DNA of 64,000 bases from an uncultured Gammaproteobacteria bacterium (GTDB lineage Bacteria > Patescibacteriota > Microgenomatia > UBA8517): the NCBI GenBank assembly GCA_964568925.1, contig CAZMSJ010000001.1:1115-65114 (forward strand). Reading direction: 5' to 3'. Positions 19,598 through 29,183 of the stretch are shown one piece after another (positions within the stretch are counted from its first letter, which is position 1; every line of letters starts with the position of its first letter). The notes below the pieces were generated by a model. That model was not told where the DNA came from. It saw only the letters and a list, made by a program, of their open reading frames with translations, and did not search any database. The translations under genes and the position numbers were made by a program.

Positions 19598-22477
19598 TTA
19601 ATGATCTTTCTTGCTTGCAAAGGACTGCGCACAGTATGGAGCAAATTCACACTCATTACAGAAAAAGTTTCCAGAACAACTAAAATCGCTTTCTTCAATT
19701 TGGCGACGCCACTCAAGTATTTCTTTTCGTGCTTCAGCCAGTTGTTGCATGGTTCTTTTGGTCTTAATTACTCGCAGTGGATCAAAATAAATTAATGTTA
19801 AATCAACAGAGTCAGGGGACACACCAAATGGCTTTTCGTATATCTCGGTTGCAGCCAGGGCATATATTGAAAGCTGGAGACTCTGATCTGCCTCTTTCTG
19901 AGTCATTGCATTAGCACCTGTTTTATAGTCAATAATTTCAATTCCGGTCGCTGTTTTTTGTATCCGGTCTATTACTCCGCCAACTTTTAAATCATCTATT
20001 TTAATTGCAAAAGGTGTTTCTACTCCTAAGGTTGTGGCCTCAGGTTCATAGAGCTCATCGACAAAGGTATCTATAAAGGTAGTAGCTCTCTGAAACATTT
20101 CTAACTCATGCTTTTTATTTAAATACCCTTCTCGTATCCAGTTTTTCTCTAAAATGTTTTTTCGTGCTTCAGCTACGGTAATTTGAGACTGATCTGTATA
20201 GAGATCTTTTAAGATTGCATGAAAGCTTGTACCAAAACTCTGCGCTGCTGTAGGCGCTGAAGGGAAGTTCATGATGTAGTGCAATTTATAGTGCAACGGA
20301 CACATTTTAAATGTTTCAATTTGTGAGAATGATAGGTAGGAAATAGAAAGCTTTTTACTGGTAACCTGTTGTTTCTCTACAGAAATTGAAGATTTATCAA
20401 GTGGTTTTCGTGAGGTTCTTGTGTGACTGTCTTCACTCCCCAGTGCTTCAGAAACAAAAATAGATACTTTCTTCTCTCGCTTTGCGTCTCCATAGAACTT
20501 GGCTGCAGTTAAGTATAAGTGGTCTTTGGCTCGAGTCATTCCGACATAAAACAATCGTCTTTCTTCTTGTAAATGAAAGTCACCTGAGGGGAGTGTCTCA
20601 GCAACTAGATCATCTGGAATTGGAATCTGCTCTTTGCGATCAGTACCTGGAAAACGAAGACTCACTAAATTAACAAGAAAGACTACGGGGAACTCAAGTC
20701 CCTTAGACGAGTGCACCGTCATGATTTTAACGGAATCATCATCTGACCAATCAATTTCAGCTGCAGATGGTGACTCACCTAAATCCATTTGTAGAACTAT
20801 CCAATTTAAAACATCCGCAACAGTAGCCTTTGGCATGTTTGTTTCGTATGCACGAATTTTTGCAAAAAATTTAGCGATATTTGAGGCCCTAGCTTCCCCT
20901 TCTGGAGAGGCATCTTTAAGAAGATAACTAAGCACTCCGACACGCTTCATATATTCATATAAAATCTCACCAGCTTTTGCGCTCGAAGTTTTCGCAATAT
21001 CAACGTATATTCCTGAAAGAAAATTGGCTATTTTTTCTCTCGAAGAAGGTGAGATTGACAACTCGTCACTATTTACAACAAGTGTTTCAAATAATGTGTC
21101 ATTATTTTTTCTCGCAAATGATGCAACACGAGCGACATCAACTGGATCAATTTCCAGTTCTTTTGAAACAAGCAATTCATAAAGTGCTTGAGAATCATGA
21201 ACGTTTACGAGTACTTTTAAGTAACTAATAAGCTGCGTTATTTCTGGCTGTTCAAAGAGCTTACCTGGCCCTAAAAATTGATATGGAATTCCTGCACCTT
21301 GAAGTGAATTAATAAAGGCAGCGGCGTGGCTATTTGCACGAACTAAAATTGCAAAATCTTTGTAAGAATATTCCGACAATAATTCAGATATCTTTTCGGT
21401 AACAAAATCAGCTTCCTCCTCAGCCGTTTGTAGCAATGAAAATTGAACAATGCCAGTCCCTTCTCGACTTGCGACAAGTCGCTTATCAATGTGCTCAAGG
21501 GCTTCGAGTCGATCAGGGTTATTGTGTTCAATAGCGTCATGTGCCCGATCTAGGATAAGCTGCAAACTTCTGTAGTTTTGTGTCAGGGTAACAAGCTTGA
21601 CGTTTTCAAAGTTTTTTCTGAAAGACAAAACGTTAGATACTGCAGCTCCACGGAAGCGATAGATTGATTGGTCATCGTCAGCCACAACAGTAATGTTTCC
21701 TGCAGTTCCTGATATCTGTTTAACTAATTCATTCTGTGCAAAGTTTGTGTCTTGAAACTCATCAACAAGAATATATTTAAACTTCTTTTTGTATTCTTTT
21801 AGTACATTGGGACGTGAACTAAAGAGTTCAATTGTTTTTACAATTACGTCACCGAAATCCATTAAAGAATTCCTAATTTTTAATTGGTCATAGGCAACAT
21901 ATGCGTTTGCAAGTTCGAGGTATTTTTCTACTTCTAAACGATCTTCATCTGCTTCATATGTTTCCTGCACTTTTGACTGTGCCCAGGATAGATACGTTTT
22001 AGGAAGAATATTCTCATCCTGAAGACGAGAGAAGTGAGTAAGGAGGCCAAAGAGAAACTTTGTAGGGTTTCCAAGTGGTCGAAAATAATTTAGTCCAAGA
22101 TCAAATATGTGAGTTGTAAGAAGATCAATTGACTCAGCGGTTGTCATTAATCGATAGGAAGGGTCAAGACCAATATGAATAGCACTCTCGCGAAGAATAC
22201 GATCACAGAAGCCATGGAAGGTCATTACCCACATAGTGGAGTACCCCAAGGGGAGTGCTTCATCTATTCTCATCTCCATCTCCTGAGCTGCCTTTTCAGT
22301 GAAGGTTAATGCAAGTATTTCACTCGGAGATGCAAGTTTTTGGGTGACTAAGTACTTAACACGTTCAGTGATAACGGTAGTTTTTCCTGTTCCTGCACCA
22401 GCAATGATTAATAGTGGACCATCTTTGTGGGTAATGGCTTCTGTTTGAGCTTGATTCAGTTTCTTCTCTTCTGACAT
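19598..22477 (-). CDS. UvrD-like helicase fused to PD-(D/E)XK nuclease with probable 4Fe-4S cluster (AddA/AdnAB-like)
   Basis: AGAGTGKT, DEFQD, EERRLFYV; C-terminal SFSQI...CP, G.IDRI...IIDYKTG, QL.IY, C-x5-C-x2-C. Confidence 0.9.
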   Translation of the reverse strand: MSEEKKLNQAQTEAITHKDGPLLIIAGAGTGKTTVITERVKYLVTQKLASPSEILALTFTEKAAQEMEMRIDEALPLGYSTMWVMTFHGFCDRILRESAIHIGLDPSYRLMTTAESIDLLTTHIFDLGLNYFRPLGNPTKFLFGLLTHFSRLQDENILPKTYLSWAQSKVQETYEADEDRLEVEKYLELANAYVAYDQLKIRNSLMDFGDVIVKTIELFSSRPNVLKEYKKKFKYILVDEFQDTNFAQNELVKQISGTAGNITVVADDDQSIYRFRGAAVSNVLSFRKNFENVKLVTLTQNYRSLQLILDRAHDAIEHNNPDRLEALEHIDKRLVASREGTGIVQFSLLQTAEEEADFVTEKISELLSEYSYKDFAILVRANSHAAAFINSLQGAGIPYQFLGPGKLFEQPEITQLISYLKVLVNVHDSQALYELLVSKELEIDPVDVARVASFARKNNDTLFETLVVNSDELSISPSSREKIANFLSGIYVDIAKTSSAKAGEILYEYMKRVGVLSYLLKDASPEGEARASNIAKFFAKIRAYETNMPKATVADVLNWIVLQMDLGESPSAAEIDWSDDDSVKIMTVHSSKGLEFPVVFLVNLVSLRFPGTDRKEQIPIPDDLVAETLPSGDFHLQEERRLFYVGMTRAKDHLYLTAAKFYGDAKREKKVSIFVSEALGSEDSHTRTSRKPLDKSSISVEKQQVTSKKLSISYLSFSQIETFKMCPLHYKLHYIMNFPSAPTAAQSFGTSFHAILKDLYTDQSQITVAEARKNILEKNWIREGYLNKKHELEMFQRATTFIDTFVDELYEPEATTLGVETPFAIKIDDLKVGGVIDRIQKTATGIEIIDYKTGANAMTQKEADQSLQLSIYALAATEIYEKPFGVSPDSVDLTLIYFDPLRVIKTKRTMQQLAEARKEILEWRRQIEESDFSCSGNFFCNECEFAPYCAQSFASKKDH

Positions 22478-22494
22478 GACACAGTAGTATACCA

Positions 22495-22523
22495 TTGACT
22501 TTTACCTTGCTATGGGTTATAAT
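22495..22523 (+). promoter_or_regulatory. sigma70-type promoter of SPFH cassette
   Basis: TTGACT-17-TATAAT. Confidence 0.8.
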
Positions 22524-22642
22524 AATGCCCGCACATTTAAATCTTTCGTCCCCAAAAGGGAGATGAGAAAAGAATTATTTAATTCTTCTTTTTTCTCCCC
22601 TTTAAAAAGGGGGCGTTTATATAGGTCAATAAGGAGAATGCG

Positions 22643-23761
22643 ATGAGTAACTATCAAGGTGGTTCGGGTGTTTCAGCCTCGACTAAGGTCGGTGGAGTAA
22701 TCGCAGGCATCGTCGTAATTGTTGGTATTTTATGTATTGTGGTGTTCCCAAGTATCTTTGGGTACATTTTTCACAGCGTCGATGCAACTGAAATCGGAAT
22801 AAAAATCCACAATGGACAGGTCGACGAAATTCTCGGCCCCGGCATCTACACTGAACCCTTTGCCTTTTTCACGGACATTGTTAACGTGAAGGTGAATGGT
22901 ATCAATTTCCTGGCGGAAGATCCCGAAGTATTAACGAAGGATTTTCAGCGAATTGGAGTCCAGGTATCTGGACAGGTTTTTCGACCAACAATCGGAAGTA
23001 TGGATGTTAAGAAATGGTCACAATATCGAAGCATCTATTTGAACGATACAGATCTTGATGCAGTCATCCAATCACAATCTAAGCAGGCGATGAAAGTCTG
23101 TGTTGGAGGCAAAACATTTCAAGATGCAGCAGTTGGTGCAAGTCGCAACGACTTGCGCGAATGCATTGATAACGAACTGACAAAGCTAACCGCAGATATT
23201 GGACTTGTTATACAAAATCTGGTTGTGCCAGATATTATTCTGAGCGAACAATCGAAACAAAATCTTGATGCCCTTACAAATTCACGCCAACAAACAGCAC
23301 TTGCTCAGCAAGATGCCGAAAAGGCTGTTGCTGATGCTGCTCGTGATCTGGCTGTAAGTCAGGGACAGATTCAAGTAGAGCAAGGCAAAATCCAAGAGAC
23401 GCTGCGTCAAGAAACGATCTCAGCAGATCTTGAGAAACAAAAGACCGAAGCTCAACTTGCAGTCATTACTGCGGCAAAAGAGAATGAGCTTTTCATTGCG
23501 CAGAAAAATCTTGAAATTGCAGAGGCTAACTTACAAGTAGCTGAAGTAGATGCGCGATCCAAGGTTGCAGCCGAGGTAGCACGAGCAAAGATTATTGAAA
23601 CTAATCCTGCTTATGGTATTTACTTGCAGGCTGTTGCATACGCAGAAGCGTTGAAAGATGCGACACTGACTATGATTCCAAGTGGATCAAATCCGTTTTT
23701 CATGTTCGGGAATGGTCAAACACCATCCGTTTCAATACCAACAGATTCCGGTTCTAAATAA
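22643..23761 (+). CDS. SPFH/band-7 (flotillin-like) membrane protein
   Basis: TM, V...EIGI....G....ILGPG, LTKD.Q.I.V, Ala/Glu-rich coiled coil; SD AAGGAG. Confidence 0.8.
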   Translation: MSNYQGGSGVSASTKVGGVIAGIVVIVGILCIVVFPSIFGYIFHSVDATEIGIKIHNGQVDEILGPGIYTEPFAFFTDIVNVKVNGINFLAEDPEVLTKDFQRIGVQVSGQVFRPTIGSMDVKKWSQYRSIYLNDTDLDAVIQSQSKQAMKVCVGGKTFQDAAVGASRNDLRECIDNELTKLTADIGLVIQNLVVPDIILSEQSKQNLDALTNSRQQTALAQQDAEKAVADAARDLAVSQGQIQVEQGKIQETLRQETISADLEKQKTEAQLAVITAAKENELFIAQKNLEIAEANLQVAEVDARSKVAAEVARAKIIETNPAYGIYLQAVAYAEALKDATLTMIPSGSNPFFMFGNGQTPSVSIPTDSGSK

Positions 23762-23779
23762 CTGGAAATTGGAGTTTAA

Positions 23780-23959
23780 ATGGCTGCTCGATTGTTGCCA
23801 CTTATCTTACTCGTTTTATCGATATTTCTAATTGGGAAGTATGGATACGAGCTGGTAAATCATGTTAATAAACACCGAACTCGAGGGGACTGGGTAATTG
23901 TGGTTTTTATCAGTATTGTAGTACTGATCGCAATTATGTCCCGCATCAATCAGACCTAA
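23780..23959 (+). CDS. 59-aa two-TM protein (below ORF-track cutoff)
   Basis: SD GGAG; MAARLLPLILLVLSIFLIGKYG...WVIVVFISIVVLIAIMSRINQT; terminator at 23965-24000. Confidence 0.7.
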   Translation: MAARLLPLILLVLSIFLIGKYGYELVNHVNKHRTRGDWVIVVFISIVVLIAIMSRINQT

Positions 23960-24004
23960 ACGCAGAGCCCTTCACACACAGTGTGGAGGGTTTTTTTATT
24001 GTAG

Positions 24005-24967
24005 TTATTCAATTAGTGGTGTTTCTTTCTTCTCTAAATTCTTCGTTTGTGTAATCTTTTGCCCTAGAGAAGTAAACCCGGTTAACACCGTTGTCATCAT
24101 ATTATTTGCATTCACCATATGCTTCTGAAGTGTCCCCAAGTTCTCTTCAACTTTTCCATAGTCTTTCTGTATTGCACGCAGAGACGCGAGTATTTCTTTT
24201 GCTTGTGCTTCCACCTTTTGCCCTTCAAAACTCATCAAAATCGCTTTTAGGTATGCATAGAAGGTTGTTGGGGAAACAGGAAGAACCCGCTTTTCTCCTG
24301 CATAATCAAAAAGAGTAGCACTGTTAACAACTTCATAATAGACTGCCTCACTTGGTACATACATTAATGCATAATCAATCGTACCTTCGTCAGTTAAAAT
24401 GTACTTTCTTGAGATTGCATCAATATGCAATTTAATATCTCGTTCAAATTGTTTTCGAAGCCCTGCTTGTTCTTCATCAGTTTGGGCAGCCATCATCTTT
24501 TGAAAGTTTTCCATTGGAAACTTTGAATCAATAGGAATAAAGCCGCCACTGGTTTTAACCAATGCATCTACTTTTTCACCAGAACGGAAAGCATATTGCA
24601 AGAAGTATGAATCCTTTGGGAGGGATTGAGACAGAAGCTCTTTTAATATGTGTTCACCTAAGTTACCTCGAAGCTTTGGGCTTCGAAGAAACGACTGCAG
24701 GTCTTTCATTGACCGTCCAATCTCACTCATCTCACCAACGTTTCTTGAAACATCTGACAAAAGTCGTGCTGTCTGATCTAGTCGTGAATTAAGTGACTCA
24801 CTATTTCGAGATAAATTTTCAAGTAACATCCTGCGATCTGAACCGGAGGACTCTTGCAACATTCTCATGATTTCAATCATTTCAGGTGAAGAGGTATTCT
24901 TTCGATTTACTAAATATGCAATGACAGAGAAGCCAACAATAAGTATGATGAGGAAAAGAATTTCCAT
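24005..24967 (-). CDS. rmuC: DNA recombination protein RmuC family
   Basis: PKLRGNLGE..L, IPIDSKFP, FDYA, ALMYVPSEAVY, SPTT. Confidence 0.9.
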   Translation of the reverse strand: MEILFLIILIVGFSVIAYLVNRKNTSSPEMIEIMRMLQESSGSDRRMLLENLSRNSESLNSRLDQTARLLSDVSRNVGEMSEIGRSMKDLQSFLRSPKLRGNLGEHILKELLSQSLPKDSYFLQYAFRSGEKVDALVKTSGGFIPIDSKFPMENFQKMMAAQTDEEQAGLRKQFERDIKLHIDAISRKYILTDEGTIDYALMYVPSEAVYYEVVNSATLFDYAGEKRVLPVSPTTFYAYLKAILMSFEGQKVEAQAKEILASLRAIQKDYGKVEENLGTLQKHMVNANNMMTTVLTGFTSLGQKITQTKNLEKKETPLIE

Positions 24968-25325
24968 GAAACCCATTATACCGTTCTCAAGCAAAATACA
25001 AAAAAGACATGAGACGTTAACCAAGAGAAGATACTTCTACCCAGCACTCTTTCTTGATTTTGTCTTGTGGACATTGGTTGCCCTAACCATTGTTGGAACA
25101 AACCCTGACACTCTCTGGGCTAAAATCTTCTTTTTCCTCTTTCTGTTTCTTGCTCTGTTTCTGTTTCTCGCTTTAATCTTTGACAACTCACGACGTGGAA
25201 TCTTAATTACTCTATCAATAACAATTTTTCTCTTCCTTCGTATTTTGGGAGTAGGGACACTGGTTAATGCACTGCTACTTATTGCAATTGGTATTGCAGC
25301 CGAAATGTACCTAAAATCTCCGTGA
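24966..25325 (+). CDS. Small polytopic membrane protein
   Basis: Four hydrophobic segments; start uncertain. Confidence 0.65.
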   Translation: MKPIIPFSSKIQKRHETLTKRRYFYPALFLDFVLWTLVALTIVGTNPDTLWAKIFFFLFLFLALFLFLALIFDNSRRGILITLSITIFLFLRILGVGTLVNALLLIAIGIAAEMYLKSP

Positions 25326-25339
25326 TATACTGCCAACTA

Positions 25340-25720
25340 ATGACAAGGAATTCAAAAATACAGGTAAATACACACCTAAAAAGAGAAATTGAAAGAGGAT
25401 TTGTAAAGACACTGTCAGACTTAAAATCAGTAGAACAATTGAGTGTCTTTGTTCACGACTTCTTCTCAGAGTCTGAGATTGAATCAATGACAAAACGGCT
25501 CGCCATTGCCTATTGGCTAAAAAAGGGCAGAAGTTACCGAAATATCATAGATAACTTAAAGGTAAGTGCCGCAACCGTTGCCTCAGTCCAAGAATCTATG
25601 AATAAAGAAGGCTTCAAATTAGCCCTAAAACAGCTTGAGGCTGAGGAATGGGCAAACAAGTGGAGTGAACGCATTAAAAGGATCGTTAAAACCTCCCCAA
25701 AACAACACCCCATAACTTGA
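25340..25720 (+). CDS. TrpR-like (YerC/YecD) HTH protein
   Basis: FS.SEIE.M.KRLAIA..L..G.SYR.I...L.VS.ATV. Confidence 0.85.
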   Translation: MTRNSKIQVNTHLKREIERGFVKTLSDLKSVEQLSVFVHDFFSESEIESMTKRLAIAYWLKKGRSYRNIIDNLKVSAATVASVQESMNKEGFKLALKQLEAEEWANKWSERIKRIVKTSPKQHPIT

Positions 25721-25783
25721 CTTTTTAGCCTTTTTGAGGTACAATAAAGTACTTATTTTGCAGATAGATCAAGGAGTCTTCAA

Positions 25784-26167
25784 ATGACTGACTATAGCAA
25801 GATTGCGAATGCCGCAGAGTATTTTTTGGAGCTGGCATCTGAAGCCTTCAATCGTGTGATTGAAGCACGAAGTATTGTATGGGCAAACGCCCAACCCAAA
25901 ATTGATTTTAAAAGAATGCCACTTCTGGAAGGGGCGTTCTCGGGTCTTTTTTACCCAGATAAGGGTTTTAATATCTTGGTTATTTTTGACCAAGACAATG
26001 GAGGGTACACGACTTACCGTGTACTAACCCAAGTTGGCAAGGAGTATTTTCTCGCCACGATCAAGATCGATGACGAGAACGTCATCGGAGTTGAAGTGGA
26101 AGCATCGAGCAGCCCACTCGTGTATGAGAGGTTTGCGTTCAGACACGGAATGTGGGTAGTCGTCTAA
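25784..26167 (+). CDS. Hypothetical protein (orphan cassette)
   Basis: TTGACT-17-TACAAT (25717-25745), SD AAGGAG, terminator at 26177-26206. Confidence 0.7.
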   Translation: MTDYSKIANAAEYFLELASEAFNRVIEARSIVWANAQPKIDFKRMPLLEGAFSGLFYPDKGFNILVIFDQDNGGYTTYRVLTQVGKEYFLATIKIDDENVIGVEVEASSSPLVYERFAFRHGMWVVV

Positions 26168-26242
26168 CCTCTTTTTTGACCCTCCGCATGTCGGGGGGTT
26201 CATTTTGTGCTAAAATACCCTCACTATAGTACGTTTAAGACT

Positions 26243-27658
26243 ATGAATAAAAAATTCTATATAACCACAACCTTGCCCTATGTAAATGCAGACCCACACA
26301 TTGGTTTTGCTTTAGAGATTGTGCAAGCAGATGTCATTGCCAGAATGAAAGCAATTGAAGGGTTTGATGTCTTTTTTAATTTTGGAACAGATGAACATGG
26401 ATTGAAAATCTTCAGAAAAGCTCAAGAGCAACACATTGACCCAAAAGAGTACTGTGATGCTTTTGCCGCTAAATTTGATGAACTTAAAAAGGCACTAAAC
26501 CTCTCATACAACAACTTCATTCGTACAACAGATCCACATCACCTGTCAGCTGCTCAAGAGTTTTGGCGAAGATCAAAAGAAAATGGAGACATCTATAAAA
26601 AGGACTATGAAGTAAAATACTGTGTTGGTTGTGAACTTGAAAAAACTGACTCAGAACTTGTAGAGAATAGATGTCCGTTGCACCCAAATCAAGAAATTGA
26701 AATTATTCATGAAGAAAACTACTTCTTCCGCTTCTCAAAGTACCAAGAACCGCTTCTTGCCTTCTATAAAGAACACCCTGATTTTGTAATACCAGCTTTC
26801 AGACAAGCAGAGATTACAAAGTTTGTATCAGAAGGACTTTCTGACTTTAGTATCTCTCGACTGAAATCAAAAATGCCGTGGGGAGTGGATGTACCAGATG
26901 ACAGTGAACATGTTATGTATGTGTGGTTTGATGCATTAATTAACTACATCTCTGCCCTTGGTTGGCCAGAGAACACAGAGAAGTTTGAAAACTTTTGGCC
27001 AGGGCTACAAGTTGCAGGGAAAGACAACTTGAGACAACAAACAGCTATCTGGCAAGCAATGCTCATGTCAGCAGGTCTCCCAAACTCAAAGCAGGTGTTT
27101 ATTCATGGATTCATCACCGCAAATGGACAGAAGATGAGTAAAAGTTTAGGGAATGTGGTAAACCCCTATGAAATCGTCGAAAAATACGGAACTGATACCA
27201 CTCGATACTATTTATTAGCCAAAGTAAGTCCAGTTGAAGATGGTGACTTTACAAAAGAAAAGTTTGAGGAAGCATATACAGCAGATCTAGCCAATGGTCT
27301 CGGGAACTTAACCAGTCGTGTAGCCAAAATGGTACAAAATGCAGGACTATCTGTGCCCTTGGTTACTCTTTCCACAAGCCCAGAGGTTATTAAACACGTA
27401 GAGGCGTATGAATTTGATAAAGCCTTGTTTTCTATCTGGGAGAGGATTCGAGAGTGCGACAAACTCATTAACGAAAAAGAAGTCTGGAAACTTGCCGGGA
27501 CTGAGCAAAAAGAGGTACTTAGTAAGCTTGTTACTTCAATTCGACAGATTGCCTTTGATTTGCAAGCGTTCCTTCCTGAAACAGCTCAAAAAATTGGGGA
27601 TCAATACAATACAGAGTCAGTCCAGTCTGGTAACCCTCTTTTCCCAAGACTACAATAA
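26243..27658 (+). CDS. metG: Methionine--tRNA ligase
   Basis: FYITTTLPYVN..PHIG, GTDEHG, YVWFDAL.NY, KMSKS. Confidence 0.96.
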   Translation: MNKKFYITTTLPYVNADPHIGFALEIVQADVIARMKAIEGFDVFFNFGTDEHGLKIFRKAQEQHIDPKEYCDAFAAKFDELKKALNLSYNNFIRTTDPHHLSAAQEFWRRSKENGDIYKKDYEVKYCVGCELEKTDSELVENRCPLHPNQEIEIIHEENYFFRFSKYQEPLLAFYKEHPDFVIPAFRQAEITKFVSEGLSDFSISRLKSKMPWGVDVPDDSEHVMYVWFDALINYISALGWPENTEKFENFWPGLQVAGKDNLRQQTAIWQAMLMSAGLPNSKQVFIHGFITANGQKMSKSLGNVVNPYEIVEKYGTDTTRYYLLAKVSPVEDGDFTKEKFEEAYTADLANGLGNLTSRVAKMVQNAGLSVPLVTLSTSPEVIKHVEAYEFDKALFSIWERIRECDKLINEKEVWKLAGTEQKEVLSKLVTSIRQIAFDLQAFLPETAQKIGDQYNTESVQSGNPLFPRLQ

Positions 27659-27671
27659 ACATACCCCACCC

Positions 27672-29165
27672 ATGATAAATAGATTTATCAATAACCATGA
27701 AAAGGGAGTGCTTCGTGCCCTCGAAATTTTGCCAGGTTTTGTGTCTTGGAACTTAATTCTTTTTCCATACTGGGGTATCTTTGTCATCCCCAACGCCGTT
27801 GCCTATTTTATTCTTCTGTTTAACATCTATTGGTTCTATCAGTCCTTAACCATTGCCTTAACGGCAACCATCTCTCATTTGCGTATTCAAGCCTCGATGA
27901 ATTTTGATTGGATGGGTGACAATCAAAGTTTCCCTGACTTAGATGAAGTTCGACATTTAGTCATTATCCCAACATATAAAGAACCTCTCAAAACTCTTGA
28001 GCGAACATTCCAATCATTAGCTGATCAGGATCTACCTACCAAGCACATTGTTCCGGTCCTTGCGATGGAGGCCAAAGAACCAGAAGAAGATCGAAACATG
28101 AAAGTTGCTGCACTCAGAAAACAATTTGGTCATCTGTTTCCAGAATTTACGGTTACGGTACACACCTTGTCAGAAGGGGAAATCGTCGGAAAGGCAAGTA
28201 ACGAGCGATATGCCGCAATCTGGATGAAGAAGCACTATATAGATGAGAAGAAAAAAAACATTGACTACGTAACAGTGACCAGTTGTGACGCAGATCATGT
28301 GTTTCATAAAAAGCATTTTGCCTGTCTTACCTTCAAATTTTTAGATAACCCAGATAGATATCGACGATTCTGGCAACCAGCAGTACTTTTCTACAATAAT
28401 ATTTGGGAAATCCCAGCAATTACTCGGGTGCCTAACACTTTTATGTCTTTGTGGAACTTGTCTCAACTTCCTCGACGAGACAGACTTATTAACGGACAAA
28501 ACTATTCACTTTCATTTAAATTGTTGTCTGAAGTTGATTATTGGGATGCAGATAAAATTCCAGAAGATTGGGGAATATTTTTTAAGTCGTTTTACAAAAT
28601 GGGGGGAGGTATTGAAGTTGAACCAATTTATTTGCCTCTCTACACCGATGCTGCTCAATCAACAACAACATGGAAAACAATTAAGAATCAGTATGAACAA
28701 TTAAAGAGATGGGCATGGGGTGCCTCAGACGATCCTTGGATTATTAAAAACTATTTCACAACACCAAACGTTCCGTTCTTTGACAAAACAATGAGACTTA
28801 TTACTGTTATCTGGGCACACTTTTTGTGGCCTGTTAACTGGTTTATCATTACCATTGGGTTAACCGTTCCAACCCTTCTAAATCCAGCATTTGGTCGAAC
28901 AACCCTTGGCTACATGGTTCCTCAGATTTCTTCCTTTGTCTTAACCATAGGCTTAAGTTTCTTAATCGTGCTTTTAGTCCTTGATAGTATCTATAAGCCA
29001 AAGAGACCAAAGAACTTCCCATTGTGGAGAGCCGTTATCATGCCACTCGAGTTTGTATTGATGCCAATCACTGGTTTTATCTTTGGGGCACTTCCAGGAC
29101 TTGATGCACATACCCGCTTAATGCTTGGCAAATATATCGAGTACAAGGTCACAGAAAAAGTTTGA
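27672..29165 (+). CDS. Membrane GT2-family glycosyltransferase
   Basis: IPTYKE, DAD, PED, QLKRWAWG (QxxRW). Confidence 0.88.
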   Translation: MINRFINNHEKGVLRALEILPGFVSWNLILFPYWGIFVIPNAVAYFILLFNIYWFYQSLTIALTATISHLRIQASMNFDWMGDNQSFPDLDEVRHLVIIPTYKEPLKTLERTFQSLADQDLPTKHIVPVLAMEAKEPEEDRNMKVAALRKQFGHLFPEFTVTVHTLSEGEIVGKASNERYAAIWMKKHYIDEKKKNIDYVTVTSCDADHVFHKKHFACLTFKFLDNPDRYRRFWQPAVLFYNNIWEIPAITRVPNTFMSLWNLSQLPRRDRLINGQNYSLSFKLLSEVDYWDADKIPEDWGIFFKSFYKMGGGIEVEPIYLPLYTDAAQSTTTWKTIKNQYEQLKRWAWGASDDPWIIKNYFTTPNVPFFDKTMRLITVIWAHFLWPVNWFIITIGLTVPTLLNPAFGRTTLGYMVPQISSFVLTIGLSFLIVLLVLDSIYKPKRPKNFPLWRAVIMPLEFVLMPITGFIFGALPGLDAHTRLMLGKYIEYKVTEKV

Positions 29166-29183
29166 TGATGGTATAGTGAATGC

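Noticed and set aside
26161-26206. attC-like GTCTAAC at the end of an orphan gene
   Set aside because: No matching GTTRRRY; the downstream hairpin is better explained as a terminator.
27408-27671. Long N-terminal extensions in the ORF track (also 61609, 31915, 15129, 52448)
   Set aside because: They overlap neighbouring genes or regulatory sites; downstream ATGs fit family N-termini and -10 positions better.
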